64,000 nucleotides of DNA. It comes from a phage. Both the position numbers and the translations under genes were made by a program. The stretch is taken from sequence record PX853108.1; one strand, given 5' to 3'. Below, one piece after another: positions 38,036-48,019 of the stretch (position 1 is the first letter of the stretch; the number at the start of each line of letters is the position of its first letter). Under the pieces are notes generated by a model. That model saw nothing but the letters and a program-made list of their open reading frames with translations, did not search any database and was not told where the DNA came from.

Positions 38036-38063
38036 TATCCCAAAGATACTAACCTTTGGGATA
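38036..38063. other. Perfect 10-bp stem hairpin in the ORF-free region
   Basis: TATCCCAAAG-ATACTAAC-CTTTGGGATA; neighbouring hairpins at 38080-38105 (AATGGCC / CCTATAGGGAGA loop / GGCCATT) and 38164-38194 (CTGACG...GGGG-GGCCA-CCCC...CGTCAG). Confidence 0.4.
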
Positions 38064-38582
38064 TAGCCTAAGATTCAGAAATGGCCCCTATAGGGAGAGG
38101 CCATTGATTAACCCGAATGTTGCTTTACCTTTTATGTGATAACCCATTCTTAAAATAGTCTAGCTGACGGATGGGGGGCCACCCCTAGCGTCAGTGCCAT
38201 ACGGCAAAGATTAAGTTAAGAAAGGTTATGATAGGAGTTCCTATCTCAAAGGATTCTAACAGAACCCTTCACGATATTAACTACTCAACGTGAAATTCTT
38301 TGATTCCCTCGACAGGTTCTACACCCCAGGAAAAAGCTAACTTTTCCATTTAATTTTGATTGAACCAATGGACTGGGGAGAGTATTCCAATCCACTGGTT
38401 CGGTTGTTGTTGTTACTCTGGCGGCTTGTCACCACCGTTTTTATCACTGAGTTTCCAAAGTATAAGCACAGTGATGATAAATGCTATGTATGGAGCCGAC
38501 ACGTCCAGAATCCTGATAAGCAATAGCATCAGAATTACGAACACTACCACAAATAGCAGCAGCTTCTGAGCCACCTACCAGA

Positions 38583-39023
38583 TTAACTACGTTTAAGGCC
38601 AGCGAACAGTGAAGGCTTAGTAGCAGGTTTCTCTGCTGGTTCTTCAGCCTTAACTTCTTCCTGCACAACTTCTTCTTGTGCTTCTGGTTCAGTCACTGCT
38701 TCTTCTTTAGGTTCCGGCGTAGAACTCTCGTTCTGACCACCAGTAGAGGTCTGGGTTTCTTCTACCTTTACCTCTTCAACTACTTCTTCCGGCTCTGATT
38801 CTACTGGACGGTGTTTAGCTTCTTGTGGGTTCTTACGAGAACGACGAGTTTTCTTCTCTACTCCCACGGGTGGGGTATCTTCGTGAACCTCTTCGTTGAT
38901 GCCTACGGAGGCTGTACCATCTGCATTGATGACAATATTAACGTCACCAGCAAGATTGATTTGATCATCGACATAAGCCTGTACAGCAGCTTCTACTTCG
39001 GACTGGTTCAAAATGATTTGCAT
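38583..39023 (-). CDS. Acidic low-complexity protein (hypothetical)
   Basis: 146 aa; C-terminal half extremely Glu/Pro/Val-rich (EEVVEEVKVEETQ...); first gene downstream of the ORF-free region on the minus strand. Confidence 0.45.
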   Translation of the reverse strand: MQIILNQSEVEAAVQAYVDDQINLAGDVNIVINADGTASVGINEEVHEDTPPVGVEKKTRRSRKNPQEAKHRPVESEPEEVVEEVKVEETQTSTGGQNESSTPEPKEEAVTEPEAQEEVVQEEVKAEEPAEKPATKPSLFAGLKRS

Positions 39024-39024
39024 A

Positions 39025-39579
39025 TTACGCCTTTAATAACTTAATAAGGTTCTGGAAAGCTGGGAGATTTACACCAGCATGGATTGCACCGATTGCATCA
39101 GCTAAGTGCTCATTCTTATTCAGAAGTTTGCCCTTCTTATCTGTGAGCCAGTTGGCTTCAGGATAGAAGGCATGAGCAGCACGAATCATCGTGTCTTTGG
39201 ATGCGGTTTTATCACCGACCAGTGCAAGTTTGTTTTCAATTGGGGATACTTCAAAGATTGGACAACCCAATGCACGAAATGCACCTATTAATCCTACGCA
39301 TACTCCATAGGATTTCATACCATTAGCAGACTGGGAGCCTACTGGTACTTCTACGAATACTGCTTTAGCAGACCGTAACCATTCCTCACAACCAAGAAAC
39401 AAATCGTGAGCGGCTTGTATATCTTTGGAGTTGGTTCGAACTTGTTTGTTGTGGTCAACTTCAGTTTGAACCAGTTTAAGTTCGACCTGCTCGAAGACGC
39501 CGGACTCAATGTCCAGCGTCCCACGAGCTAAACCCCAATTGCGGAGACTAATGTCTGCACCAACAATTGGGATTTTCAT
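39025..39579 (-). CDS. RuvC-like Holliday junction resolvase
   Basis: 184 aa; N-terminal IVGADISLRNWG (catalytic Asp), FVEVP, and C-terminal HLADAIGAIHAG resemble RuvC-fold motifs. Confidence 0.5.
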   Translation of the reverse strand: MKIPIVGADISLRNWGLARGTLDIESGVFEQVELKLVQTEVDHNKQVRTNSKDIQAAHDLFLGCEEWLRSAKAVFVEVPVGSQSANGMKSYGVCVGLIGAFRALGCPIFEVSPIENKLALVGDKTASKDTMIRAAHAFYPEANWLTDKKGKLLNKNEHLADAIGAIHAGVNLPAFQNLIKLLKA

Positions 39580-40376
39580 TAACGTTTACCGAACAGTGAT
39601 TTACCACCAGCAGGAGTAGTACTCGTGCCAGCACCTGGTTTAGGAGGTAAGCCACCTTTACCATTACCACCAGCAGAACTCTTAGTCTTGTCGCGAGTTT
39701 TGCCTTTGTTCTTCTCCAGCCATGCTGCGTAGAATACAGCCAGTTCTGGGGTCAGCTCTTTTTCAGCCTTCTCTGCTTCCTGAGCCTCGACGACTGTGAC
39801 CAGCAGTTCCGGGTGAAACACTTTCTGAATCTCGTTTACTTCACGGGTTTCACCGGAGTCAACGTAGCCGTTGTCACCTTTAACCTGCTTGGATTCCAGA
39901 ACTTTTTCCAGAGCGAAGGTAACAGTCTGGTTTACCAGATCAACTGGAACCATGACAGACTTATTAACTTCTGCTTTAGCATCGAAATCGTAGACTTTAA
40001 CAATCTTCTCTTCGAAGTCTGCTTCAGGCAGTTCAGTACCAGTAGCCATTAGCATCATGTCGTTAATGACAGTGTAGCCAGGCAAGAAGTATTCTTTACC
40101 GTTCTTCTCGTAAGTAGGCTTGTTGCCTTTAGCATTACCAGAAGTGAAATATACCTGAGCACGGAACTCACCAGCAGGTACGCCATCTGAGTTTTTCATG
40201 TCATCAATGATTAACTGCATCCAGTCTGCCCCAGAGTCAGCTTTGCCTACGTAAGCTACTTTTACATTACCGGTGTAGATATCGGTTTCTTTTGCACCGA
40301 AGCCACCTCCACCCAGAGAGTCTTTAACAGCTTCAACGTTTTTGGTTTTTTCTTTCAGATTACTGAACAATGACAT
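39579..40376 (-). CDS. Single-stranded DNA-binding protein (N4 SSB-like)
   Basis: 265 aa, the length I recall for N4 SSB; Gly-rich N- and C-terminal tails; sits between the resolvase and the recombination ATPase. Assignment by position and composition only. Confidence 0.45.
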   Translation of the reverse strand: MSLFSNLKEKTKNVEAVKDSLGGGGFGAKETDIYTGNVKVAYVGKADSGADWMQLIIDDMKNSDGVPAGEFRAQVYFTSGNAKGNKPTYEKNGKEYFLPGYTVINDMMLMATGTELPEADFEEKIVKVYDFDAKAEVNKSVMVPVDLVNQTVTFALEKVLESKQVKGDNGYVDSGETREVNEIQKVFHPELLVTVVEAQEAEKAEKELTPELAVFYAAWLEKNKGKTRDKTKSSAGGNGKGGLPPKPGAGTSTTPAGGKSLFGKR

Positions 40377-40415
40377 ATGATTTTCCTAATAAGTGATTAA
40401 CAACCAGGCAAACAC

Positions 40416-41168
40416 TTAAGCGTAGTATTCAGCCAGATGGTCTAAGAGTTTCTGGGCATCGTTATCAATGTAAGTCTCGGACTTATCGAACATACCCATT
40501 GGGGAACGAAGTCGTTTGCCAACAGACTTCTTGGTTGGACGGGTCTGGAATACGTGTTTATAGCCTAAGTCACGTTCTTCTTCCGTAATTTCTAGCATCT
40601 TGTTTCCGTACTTCTCCAGTTCTTTAATGTCTACACGTTCTGCGTAAACCACTGTAGAGAAGTAGGCTTCAAGCCCGTTATTCTTAAGAGAACCTTTCAC
40701 TGGGATGAATGTTTTCATCACACCGGCAGCTTCATCAAGTTCGTCTTTAGCATGTGCAGTAATGATTACTGGCTTACCAAACTTAACGACTTTCTGTTGC
40801 AGCAGTATCTTAAAGAACTGTGCAAAATCCCCCCATGCTTTCTGCGTATTTGCAGAAGGCAATACGTACTGGGATTCCAGCATATCCATCATAAAGGTTG
40901 CTGAGTCAATGATGATACCATCAACATCATCTGCCATTTCTCCACCAGGAGATGCAACATCAAATGCTTCCCAGATTTGGTAAGGGTCTTCAATGTTGTA
41001 AGTATTGAACTTGTTACGGAAAGGCAGACGCTTACCTGCTTCAGTATTCAGATAGAGCCAGCGTTCCTGGTTCCGGATGTTACGCAGTGATGCTGATTTA
41101 CCACTCGCAGAGAATCCTGCAATCAGGATTAGCTGAGTGTTCATATCATTGGGAATTGCTTCGGACAT
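40416..41168 (-). CDS. RecA-fold ATPase (AAA_24 / Sak4-like recombination protein)
   Basis: 250 aa; Walker A GFSASGKSA and Walker B IIIDSA. Confidence 0.5.
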   Translation of the reverse strand: MSEAIPNDMNTQLILIAGFSASGKSASLRNIRNQERWLYLNTEAGKRLPFRNKFNTYNIEDPYQIWEAFDVASPGGEMADDVDGIIIDSATFMMDMLESQYVLPSANTQKAWGDFAQFFKILLQQKVVKFGKPVIITAHAKDELDEAAGVMKTFIPVKGSLKNNGLEAYFSTVVYAERVDIKELEKYGNKMLEITEEERDLGYKHVFQTRPTKKSVGKRLRSPMGMFDKSETYIDNDAQKLLDHLAEYYA

Positions 41169-41224
41169 TATTTTTCCTCATTTAATTTAGGAGTCCTTCA
41201 AACCAAAGAAAGACTCCCGTTTGC

Positions 41225-43378
41225 TTACTTGCCAGCGAAGCGTTTAGCCACGGTGACCATTACGGTTGCATTCAATTCATCATCTGGTAATGGATTAGCC
41301 AGTTTCTTATTGAATGAGTGGACGGCTTGCTGTACTTGGGCAAAATCCCAACCACTGTCAACCAATGCCAGTGCGTACTTAATCATTTGATTATTACGAT
41401 TACCGGTAGCAATACGACTAGCGAACCAACGCTCCAGATTATCCAAGGACTGTACTTCCTTCATCTGGTTCCGGAACTGCTCGTTCTTACTAGTACGAGG
41501 AATAAAGTCACGCACGTCCAACAGATTTGCTTCAAGGTTGTAATGATAAGAACCAGTCTCGCAGGACATCCATTTCTTGGCTCGTTGGTTAGCAGATTCA
41601 TCCGTTTCGAATGGTAGCCAAGACATAACGTTATTCATGAACTCTTTGTATTCCTCGGTGTCGAGGTGTAACTCATAGTTCATTGGAATAATCAGTCGGA
41701 AGCGGTTCTCTTCATCAGAATGACGCTTAGTGGTATAGGTCATGAACTTATATTCCTTCATTAGTTCATGGCACGTATGCAGTGGTACTCCACCATCACA
41801 GTCAATAACAATCATGTTAAATCCTGGAATAACGTTCTCTTCAGAACGGTGTCCATTCTTCATGTGATGGTTTACCCAGTGCATACCGGGAGCTTGGGTT
41901 AATACATGCAACTGGTCGAACGGTACACGTTCACCAATGTAGTCATAAGCAAAGCTATCACTATATGCCACTATCATCTCATTGATGTCAGTCTCTTTCA
42001 GAGTCTCACCACGGAAGAACTCAATACCTTCGTTGAAGGTTTTCTTAATGATGATGTGCTGTTTGTAGCCCCATGCTGTAGCAAGGGTCATCATCTCATT
42101 ACGAGCTGCATTGCCACTCTTATAGAACGGCAATGACTCTAGTAAGTCAGCATGAGTCACTTCTTTACCTACAGAGGCAATGTACTTAGCCAGCTTCACA
42201 TAGGCTTTCTCACGATTGAGAATACCCTGGAATGCTGCTCCAGATTCTTCTACAAGCAAAATTGCTTGTTTAAGATGAGACATCTCAATGAATGAACTCT
42301 GGTCAACAAATGCCAGTGCTCCAGCTAGTTTAAGTGCTTTGAAGTAACGGTGGGAGATTTCAGCCTTACGAATTTCTTCGTGGTCAGCCATAGCTTCTGC
42401 TTGTTTCTCACAATCAATTTTGTAAGTAATCAGAGCAATCCCCACTGCATCTTCTACAACCATCTTAAAGCCAAACAGGTTCGGGTCAGCCAGACTATGG
42501 AAGTGGTTAGCCCACTTACCAAGAGACTGTACGTTATCCTGCTTAATCAGGTTACGGTAGATTTCTTCCGGAGACATTGTTGCATGTGCTCGTTTGTCTA
42601 AATGCCCAATGGCAAACAGACAGCGACGTGCATATCCTGTATCGAGGAAGTCATAGAACTGGTCTTCAGTCTGACCACCATCCAGTAGCTTACTTGGTGT
42701 ACCAAACAACAACAGGTTAGCTGGAGTCTTACCATCCAGTTCTTCACCACGAACACTTTCAGCAGTGTTTTTGGTTAGCTTCTGCTTAACCTTACCCTGG
42801 TCATATAATTCCAGGAACAGGGTTAACACATCTGTGTTAGCCAGCAGGTTCGAACCAATTTCATCAATCTGAAGGTTGATTGAACCACACCCAGCCATTA
42901 ACAGCTTATGACGTAGCTGTTTAACTGCTGGTGGAGTACCAGAGTCAAACGTAAACGGATATGCCCCGGCACGTTTATACTCTGCTTCAACTTTATCAAA
43001 CTCATCATTCTGGTCTGTACCTTGACGAGCAGCACGTTCGTTAGCAATCTTCCATAAACGGTCATTTGCAATGACGGGCATGGTGTCTTCCATAAAGCGT
43101 TTACGGAAGCCAGTCATGAACCCGTCTTCAATAATATTTACCGAGTGACCTTTACCGAAACCAGATGTAGCCAACGCAATGGCGTAGATGTTTACCGGCA
43201 GGTCACCACGGTCTTTAGTTACAATGGTTGCACCCATGCAGGATGCCATTTTAGCCAAGAAGTAGGCTACTTCGACACGGAAAAATCCCCGGTCATTATT
43301 CTGGGTTTTATTGCAGAGCACATCTACGATTTCTTCAATCGCTGGATGGTGACTGATGCCAGTAAGGTCGATACTCAT
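41225..43378 (-). CDS. DNA primase (AEP-type prim-pol domain with PriCT-like C-terminus)
   Basis: 717 aa; N-terminal P-loop-like ATSGFGKGHS; C-terminal half has IVIDCDGG (DxD) and PLHTCHEL (His motif) as in archaeo-eukaryotic primases, then a PriCT-like tail. Confidence 0.5.
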   Translation of the reverse strand: MSIDLTGISHHPAIEEIVDVLCNKTQNNDRGFFRVEVAYFLAKMASCMGATIVTKDRGDLPVNIYAIALATSGFGKGHSVNIIEDGFMTGFRKRFMEDTMPVIANDRLWKIANERAARQGTDQNDEFDKVEAEYKRAGAYPFTFDSGTPPAVKQLRHKLLMAGCGSINLQIDEIGSNLLANTDVLTLFLELYDQGKVKQKLTKNTAESVRGEELDGKTPANLLLFGTPSKLLDGGQTEDQFYDFLDTGYARRCLFAIGHLDKRAHATMSPEEIYRNLIKQDNVQSLGKWANHFHSLADPNLFGFKMVVEDAVGIALITYKIDCEKQAEAMADHEEIRKAEISHRYFKALKLAGALAFVDQSSFIEMSHLKQAILLVEESGAAFQGILNREKAYVKLAKYIASVGKEVTHADLLESLPFYKSGNAARNEMMTLATAWGYKQHIIIKKTFNEGIEFFRGETLKETDINEMIVAYSDSFAYDYIGERVPFDQLHVLTQAPGMHWVNHHMKNGHRSEENVIPGFNMIVIDCDGGVPLHTCHELMKEYKFMTYTTKRHSDEENRFRLIIPMNYELHLDTEEYKEFMNNVMSWLPFETDESANQRAKKWMSCETGSYHYNLEANLLDVRDFIPRTSKNEQFRNQMKEVQSLDNLERWFASRIATGNRNNQMIKYALALVDSGWDFAQVQQAVHSFNKKLANPLPDDELNATVMVTVAKRFAGK

Positions 43379-43890
43379 TTGATTAATCCTACGCTCTTAT
43401 TAGTGACGGCATATTCTCCGAAGTATTTTACGGCAGCTAAGTCATACGCTTTGGCTGCTTCAATTGCTTCCAGGAATACACCTAAATGAATTGATTTACG
43501 GTTTACTTTGATTTTGGCTAAGTAGTTACCCCTGAACTTAGTAACACCCATAAAACCACTGGTGTTGTTTTTATTCAGTCCACGGTTAGCACCATTGGTG
43601 CTTTTATCCGCTTCCCTTAGATTGTCTATCCAGTTGTGGTGACGTATGGTGTCTTTATGGTCTATTAAACCAGTAGGCCACATACCGTACACGTACAACC
43701 AAGCTAACCTATGAGCAGCTTCCCGTTTGGAATCAACTGTTATGTAGAGATAACCGTCACTGTTATTGAGCGACCCAGCAACACTACCGACAGGTGTTCG
43801 GTTACTGAGGGAGATGCGGCGAGTAAATATCCCAGTAAGTGGGTCATAATGCAGCAACTCTTTTAGCCGTTGCTGAGTCAGCTTAATCAT
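43375..43890 (-). CDS. HNH homing endonuclease with C-terminal AP2 DNA-binding domain
   Basis: ORF 43375-43947 trimmed to ATG 43890 (MIKLTQQRLKELL), which overlaps the upstream stop as ATGA; HNH core HRLAWLYVYG...IDHKD...N..NLREA; AP2-like SGFMGVTKFRGNYLAKIKVNRKSIHLGVFLEAIEAAKAYDLAAVKYFGEYA. Confidence 0.75.
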   Translation of the reverse strand: MIKLTQQRLKELLHYDPLTGIFTRRISLSNRTPVGSVAGSLNNSDGYLYITVDSKREAAHRLAWLYVYGMWPTGLIDHKDTIRHHNWIDNLREADKSTNGANRGLNKNNTSGFMGVTKFRGNYLAKIKVNRKSIHLGVFLEAIEAAKAYDLAAVKYFGEYAVTNKSVGLIK

Positions 43891-44867
43891 GATGGAAAAT
43901 ATCTCTCTCTTTGTTTGCAAATGGACGCGACAGGGCAGTATAGACAACGCTTAACCTGCCCCTCCACGACCTTGATAGCACCCTTGCCACCTTTTTCAGC
44001 CATGAAGATACGAGCAGATGCCATATCGTCAAAGTTTTTAGTACTTCTGGCTCCAGGTACATCTACCTTAGAAGCATCAGAGAAGTATTTGAACTGTGGC
44101 TCTGTTCGCCACAACTCCTCGTCAGTACATTCAGGAATTTCCTCTTCAGGTGCATTCCAGTACTTCTCAATGAGGTGAATCTTCTCTTCTACCCAACGTT
44201 CAGTCTTATCGACAGATAGCAACGGAATATCCTTATGCATAATACGATTAGCAGGATAGTTCGGATTGCTATTAGCCATGTGCTTCATGAAGTCAGTGAA
44301 GATGTAGTTAATACGAATTACATCCTCGGTAATGATGTCGTTGTGAATCCAACGATACAAGCTGCCTTGCATCTTGTGTTCATCATCACGGGAACCAGCA
44401 ACCCAGGAATAGGTTGAAGTAGACTTAAAGTCCTGCAACAGACCTTCTGTTACGATGTCGAACTTACCACCGATAGTCCAACCCTTAACTACCCTGGTTC
44501 CACGTTGTTCAATGTAGATTGGGATAAGGTCAGGGTTAGCATCAAAGTCTGCTTCGGTTGGGTTAATGACTACTGCATCAATTACTCGTTGAGGATATCC
44601 CAACTTCTTCAATGCAGTTTTATGGCCTAACTTCCAGGCTTTCTCGATAGAATCATGTAAACCAGTACCCATTGATGTGGAGACAAAATCCATAACATCA
44701 ATCGACTGGTCACTAAGATCTACACGATGTTTCATGACGATTTGCTTAATAGGCTTAAGCAATGTAGTAACAGACAGGTACTTAGGATTGTCTACGTAAT
44801 CATACTCGTCATGTAATAGCCATACAGCCAGAGCCAGTGAAACATCATGGTTGTTGGTTATCTTCAT
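43887..44867 (-). CDS. PD-(D/E)xK nuclease, Cas4/RecB-like
   Basis: 326 aa; FDIVTEG...QDFK motif and C-terminal CLYCPVASIC (Cx2Cx5C) as in Cas4/RecB-family exonucleases. Confidence 0.5.
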   Translation of the reverse strand: MKITNNHDVSLALAVWLLHDEYDYVDNPKYLSVTTLLKPIKQIVMKHRVDLSDQSIDVMDFVSTSMGTGLHDSIEKAWKLGHKTALKKLGYPQRVIDAVVINPTEADFDANPDLIPIYIEQRGTRVVKGWTIGGKFDIVTEGLLQDFKSTSTYSWVAGSRDDEHKMQGSLYRWIHNDIITEDVIRINYIFTDFMKHMANSNPNYPANRIMHKDIPLLSVDKTERWVEEKIHLIEKYWNAPEEEIPECTDEELWRTEPQFKYFSDASKVDVPGARSTKNFDDMASARIFMAEKGGKGAIKVVEGQVKRCLYCPVASICKQRERYFPS

Positions 44868-45129
44868 TATAAGCCTTTTTCAATATGCGATTGGCATAGT
44901 GCACAATCTTCTCTGAGTCGTACACAGAAGAGTTTCCAGGTTTACCATTACCCATACGGGCAGCAGCATTTCGCCACAGAGCTTTAAAGGCACAACCTTC
45001 ATCGAAGGTCATGCCCAGTGCTTGGATAATATCCTCACACTCTGCTTGGTATGGCTCTTGCTCTTCCCGTTGGGGATTCTTAATTAGAACTACATAGTAG
45101 TTATTAAGACCACCGGAGAGCTTAGTCAT
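44845..45129 (-). CDS. Hypothetical protein
   Basis: 94 aa ORF; start overlaps the stop of the upstream gene (ATGA at 45129). Confidence 0.4.
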   Translation of the reverse strand: MTKLSGGLNNYYVVLIKNPQREEQEPYQAECEDIIQALGMTFDEGCAFKALWRNAAARMGNGKPGNSSVYDSEKIVHYANRILKKAYNEDNQQP

Positions 45130-45434
45130 TATTTATCCTTAGGAATCATGTTTGCCTGGAACTCTGGTTCAGACATCAGACCCAGGTTGCTAAGAGACAG
45201 ATAAACAATGTCTTTCAAGTCAACTGAGGTATCGAAACGCTGGTCCAGACTAATCTTCATGGAGTGATTGGCACGGGCCAAATCTTTATAAGTCACATAA
45301 GGTTCATCAGTGAGCAACATTGTGTTCATGGTAAGCAGGGAACCATCATCCACTTTAGGAAGTTGGAAGACTACCTGTGCTGCTACCATCCAATGATATT
45401 TTCTGACTACAGTTTCTTTAGTACTTTTGGTCAT
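45129..45434 (-). CDS. Hypothetical protein
   Basis: 101 aa ORF; translationally coupled to the DNA polymerase gene. Confidence 0.4.
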   Translation of the reverse strand: MTKSTKETVVRKYHWMVAAQVVFQLPKVDDGSLLTMNTMLLTDEPYVTYKDLARANHSMKISLDQRFDTSVDLKDIVYLSLSNLGLMSEPEFQANMIPKDK

Positions 45435-48010
45435 GCGAATGCCTTTTGAATTATTTGATGAACTTCTTCTGGGGTAGCGTGATTTGGAATTTCAATCTCG
45501 TTAGCCCACGTTGGGTAGAACAAGGATAGTTCCCCACCCAAACCAACTTCTGGATGAGCAATATCAGGATGATCTTGCCAGTTAACAGCTTCAACCAAGT
45601 GCTTGTTCGTGAACTGCAAGGTATCCATGTTGTCACGAATCATGAAGTACTGGGCATCATGAATATGAATACTAGGACGAATATCTAACCTGAACTCACT
45701 GGCTCTGACTTTACGCATAAACTCTGAACCAGCACGGTTATTCAGTAGACACCAGCTTTGCCCTAAAGCATTACCAGCAGTTCTGCCTTCTGCTTCTGCT
45801 TCATACGGAGTCTTACATGTCCCACGTAAAACCTGAGCCAGTAAAGGAGTACGCACTCTCAAACCGAATGCGGCAGTAACATAACCAGTTTTGGCAGCTT
45901 CGTCCAGTTTAGCCTGAACCCACATGTCGCTAACTACATAGAGGTCGTGATAACGTTTCTCTGTAGTCTTAGCCTTTTCTTCAGAGAAGCCACAGTTTTT
46001 CATTAAACCCATATACGTACCACCATAAGTAAGCAAGAAGGTTGGAGCCTTCGAGTCACTACGTAATGATTTGTACTTATGCTGGATGGAGTTAATGGAT
46101 TCTACTGTGTCTTCGATATCTGGCATCTGCTCACCGAAGTAAGCATATGCACGGAGACTGTGCCCATCATAACCATCGGTATATACCTTAAGCTTCTGTG
46201 GGTCTTTAGTAGTTAAAGCTGAGATACGGTCTTCAAGGCTTGCAAAGTCCAGTCCACAAAAGATCCAACCTGGTGGGGCTTCGAAGCATTTTTTAATCTT
46301 CTTGGCATATTTGGAGCCAGACGGTATGGTTTGCAAGTTTGGCTCGGAGGCAGATAATCTACCAGAAACCGTTCCCCCCAGATTGAGGTTGCCGAATAGA
46401 TAGTGCCAGCCATCCGGTCCTGGTTGTGCATTCCTGAAAGCCGGGATGAAGCTAGTGATAATCTTATCCACGAGCTTATAGTCGATAAGTGCATTGAGCA
46501 GTTCCTTAACATCTTCACTCTGCGTATGTGTACGCAGTGCTTTAATAGTGTCACCGTCAGTAGCAGGTTGCTTGCTCTTAGTAAGACCAAGAACTGGTAA
46601 GCCAATATAATCAAATAACAGCTTCTGTAGTTGTGGACCAGAGTTTGGATTAAACTCGATGTCACAGTCAGCAAGCGTTACTTGCTTCTTCTTGAGCTTA
46701 GCATTCTTATCATCTACCCATTCCTGACGAAGCATCAGGGTAAAGTTCTTCATGAGCTTAGACTCACGAATAGTTTTCAGAGCTTGGTTCCTGTCAGTTT
46801 CCATCTCCTTAGCTACTTGGTTAACGGTATCCATATTCATAGGCATACCGGTTAATTGCATCTGGATGATGTCTTCACAAGCTGGCTTAAAGATGTTGTT
46901 GTAAACATCTAGCTGGTCATCAGCAATTAGAGTATCCCAGTGCTTCTCGTAGGTGTACCAGGTACACAAACCATCAATGAGGTTGTAGCGTAACAGCTGC
47001 TCATTGGGGATAAGACAAATGTCTTTAATATCATCCTGAGCATAGTTACCAGCATACTCCTGAGCCTGGTCTTTCAGACTAAGGTGATTGCCAGCACAAC
47101 TATTAGTAGCCAGATAGGTGATTAACTTAGTGCAATCCCAGTTACGTAGCATGATTTCCATGCCATGCAGTAAGCCTTCCGTATCAATCAGGTTATCCAT
47201 GAATAACTGATAGATGAGTACGTACACGTCATAGCTAATGTTGTGATACATCTGCCGTTGGGTGTACTTAATAAAGAACTCACGTAGAAGATTTCGAACA
47301 ATATCATTTCTGTTGATACGCCCATAAGGTGCTTCAGTAGCCCCAGGGATTGGCTCGTAGTCCACATTAAAGGCTATGCCTTGTGTCTTACTCCAACAGA
47401 GTGTAATTGTCCCTATACCGGCGTTATAGTGCTTTAAACCAAATGCCTCAATGTCTATAGCTAATGGCTTATTCATCTCAAGCAACTGGTCTAGCCAGGC
47501 TTTAATTTTCTCTGGAGTATCTGGATAGGCTTCAAACTCAATGATTCCCTGACCTGGTTCAGCATACTGTCCACGTATGTGGTTAAGTAATGCATCCATA
47601 CCCTGAGCAATCTTAGATTTCACTACAGGTGGATCATAGAAGACCTGCCTGTAGCTGGGTGCATAGATAACCTTCTGTTTACCCCATACTGAGTCACAAA
47701 CATAGCCGAGGTTAGCCTCTGCTTTAGCCTCTTTAGTCAGTATTTTGAAGTAGTCAGAATCGGTACAGATAATGTATTGAGTCTCTGCATCATCCAGTAC
47801 TTGTTGCAGTTCCTGCTGTATGAACTCTTTAATTTCCCTTGCAGGAGTCTTCTTCTTGCCTGGGGCAGAATGAAGTTCAATGAAGATGAAATCTTCCATG
47901 CTTAGGTCATTAGGCAGCAGGTAGGTTTTAATCATCTCCTCCCTTCGGATTTGATGACCGAGGATAGCAATAGGATACTTACCCGTATCTTGAGAGGTGA
48001 TGTAACGCAT
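45431..48010 (-). CDS. DNA polymerase, family A, with 3'-5' exonuclease domain
   Basis: 859 aa; Exo I-like LAIDIEAFG; motif A GLDFASLEDRI; motif B SDSKAPTFLLTYGG (K...YG); HD motif IHIHDAQ. Confidence 0.85.
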   Translation of the reverse strand: MRYITSQDTGKYPIAILGHQIRREEMIKTYLLPNDLSMEDFIFIELHSAPGKKKTPAREIKEFIQQELQQVLDDAETQYIICTDSDYFKILTKEAKAEANLGYVCDSVWGKQKVIYAPSYRQVFYDPPVVKSKIAQGMDALLNHIRGQYAEPGQGIIEFEAYPDTPEKIKAWLDQLLEMNKPLAIDIEAFGLKHYNAGIGTITLCWSKTQGIAFNVDYEPIPGATEAPYGRINRNDIVRNLLREFFIKYTQRQMYHNISYDVYVLIYQLFMDNLIDTEGLLHGMEIMLRNWDCTKLITYLATNSCAGNHLSLKDQAQEYAGNYAQDDIKDICLIPNEQLLRYNLIDGLCTWYTYEKHWDTLIADDQLDVYNNIFKPACEDIIQMQLTGMPMNMDTVNQVAKEMETDRNQALKTIRESKLMKNFTLMLRQEWVDDKNAKLKKKQVTLADCDIEFNPNSGPQLQKLLFDYIGLPVLGLTKSKQPATDGDTIKALRTHTQSEDVKELLNALIDYKLVDKIITSFIPAFRNAQPGPDGWHYLFGNLNLGGTVSGRLSASEPNLQTIPSGSKYAKKIKKCFEAPPGWIFCGLDFASLEDRISALTTKDPQKLKVYTDGYDGHSLRAYAYFGEQMPDIEDTVESINSIQHKYKSLRSDSKAPTFLLTYGGTYMGLMKNCGFSEEKAKTTEKRYHDLYVVSDMWVQAKLDEAAKTGYVTAAFGLRVRTPLLAQVLRGTCKTPYEAEAEGRTAGNALGQSWCLLNNRAGSEFMRKVRASEFRLDIRPSIHIHDAQYFMIRDNMDTLQFTNKHLVEAVNWQDHPDIAHPEVGLGGELSLFYPTWANEIEIPNHATPEEVHQIIQKAFA

Positions 48011-48019
48011 AGCTTTACC

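Noticed and set aside
38080-38105. T7-type promoter (CTATAGGGAGA)
   Set aside because: Only the -6 to +6 part matches the T7 consensus; the upstream specificity region does not, and N4-type polymerases use different promoters. Retained only as a hairpin.
38360-38668. Small ORFs at the edge of the ORF-free region
   Set aside because: No RBS or ATG start; 38444-38668 overlaps the acidic protein gene out of frame by ~86 nt; kept only as a remote possibility.
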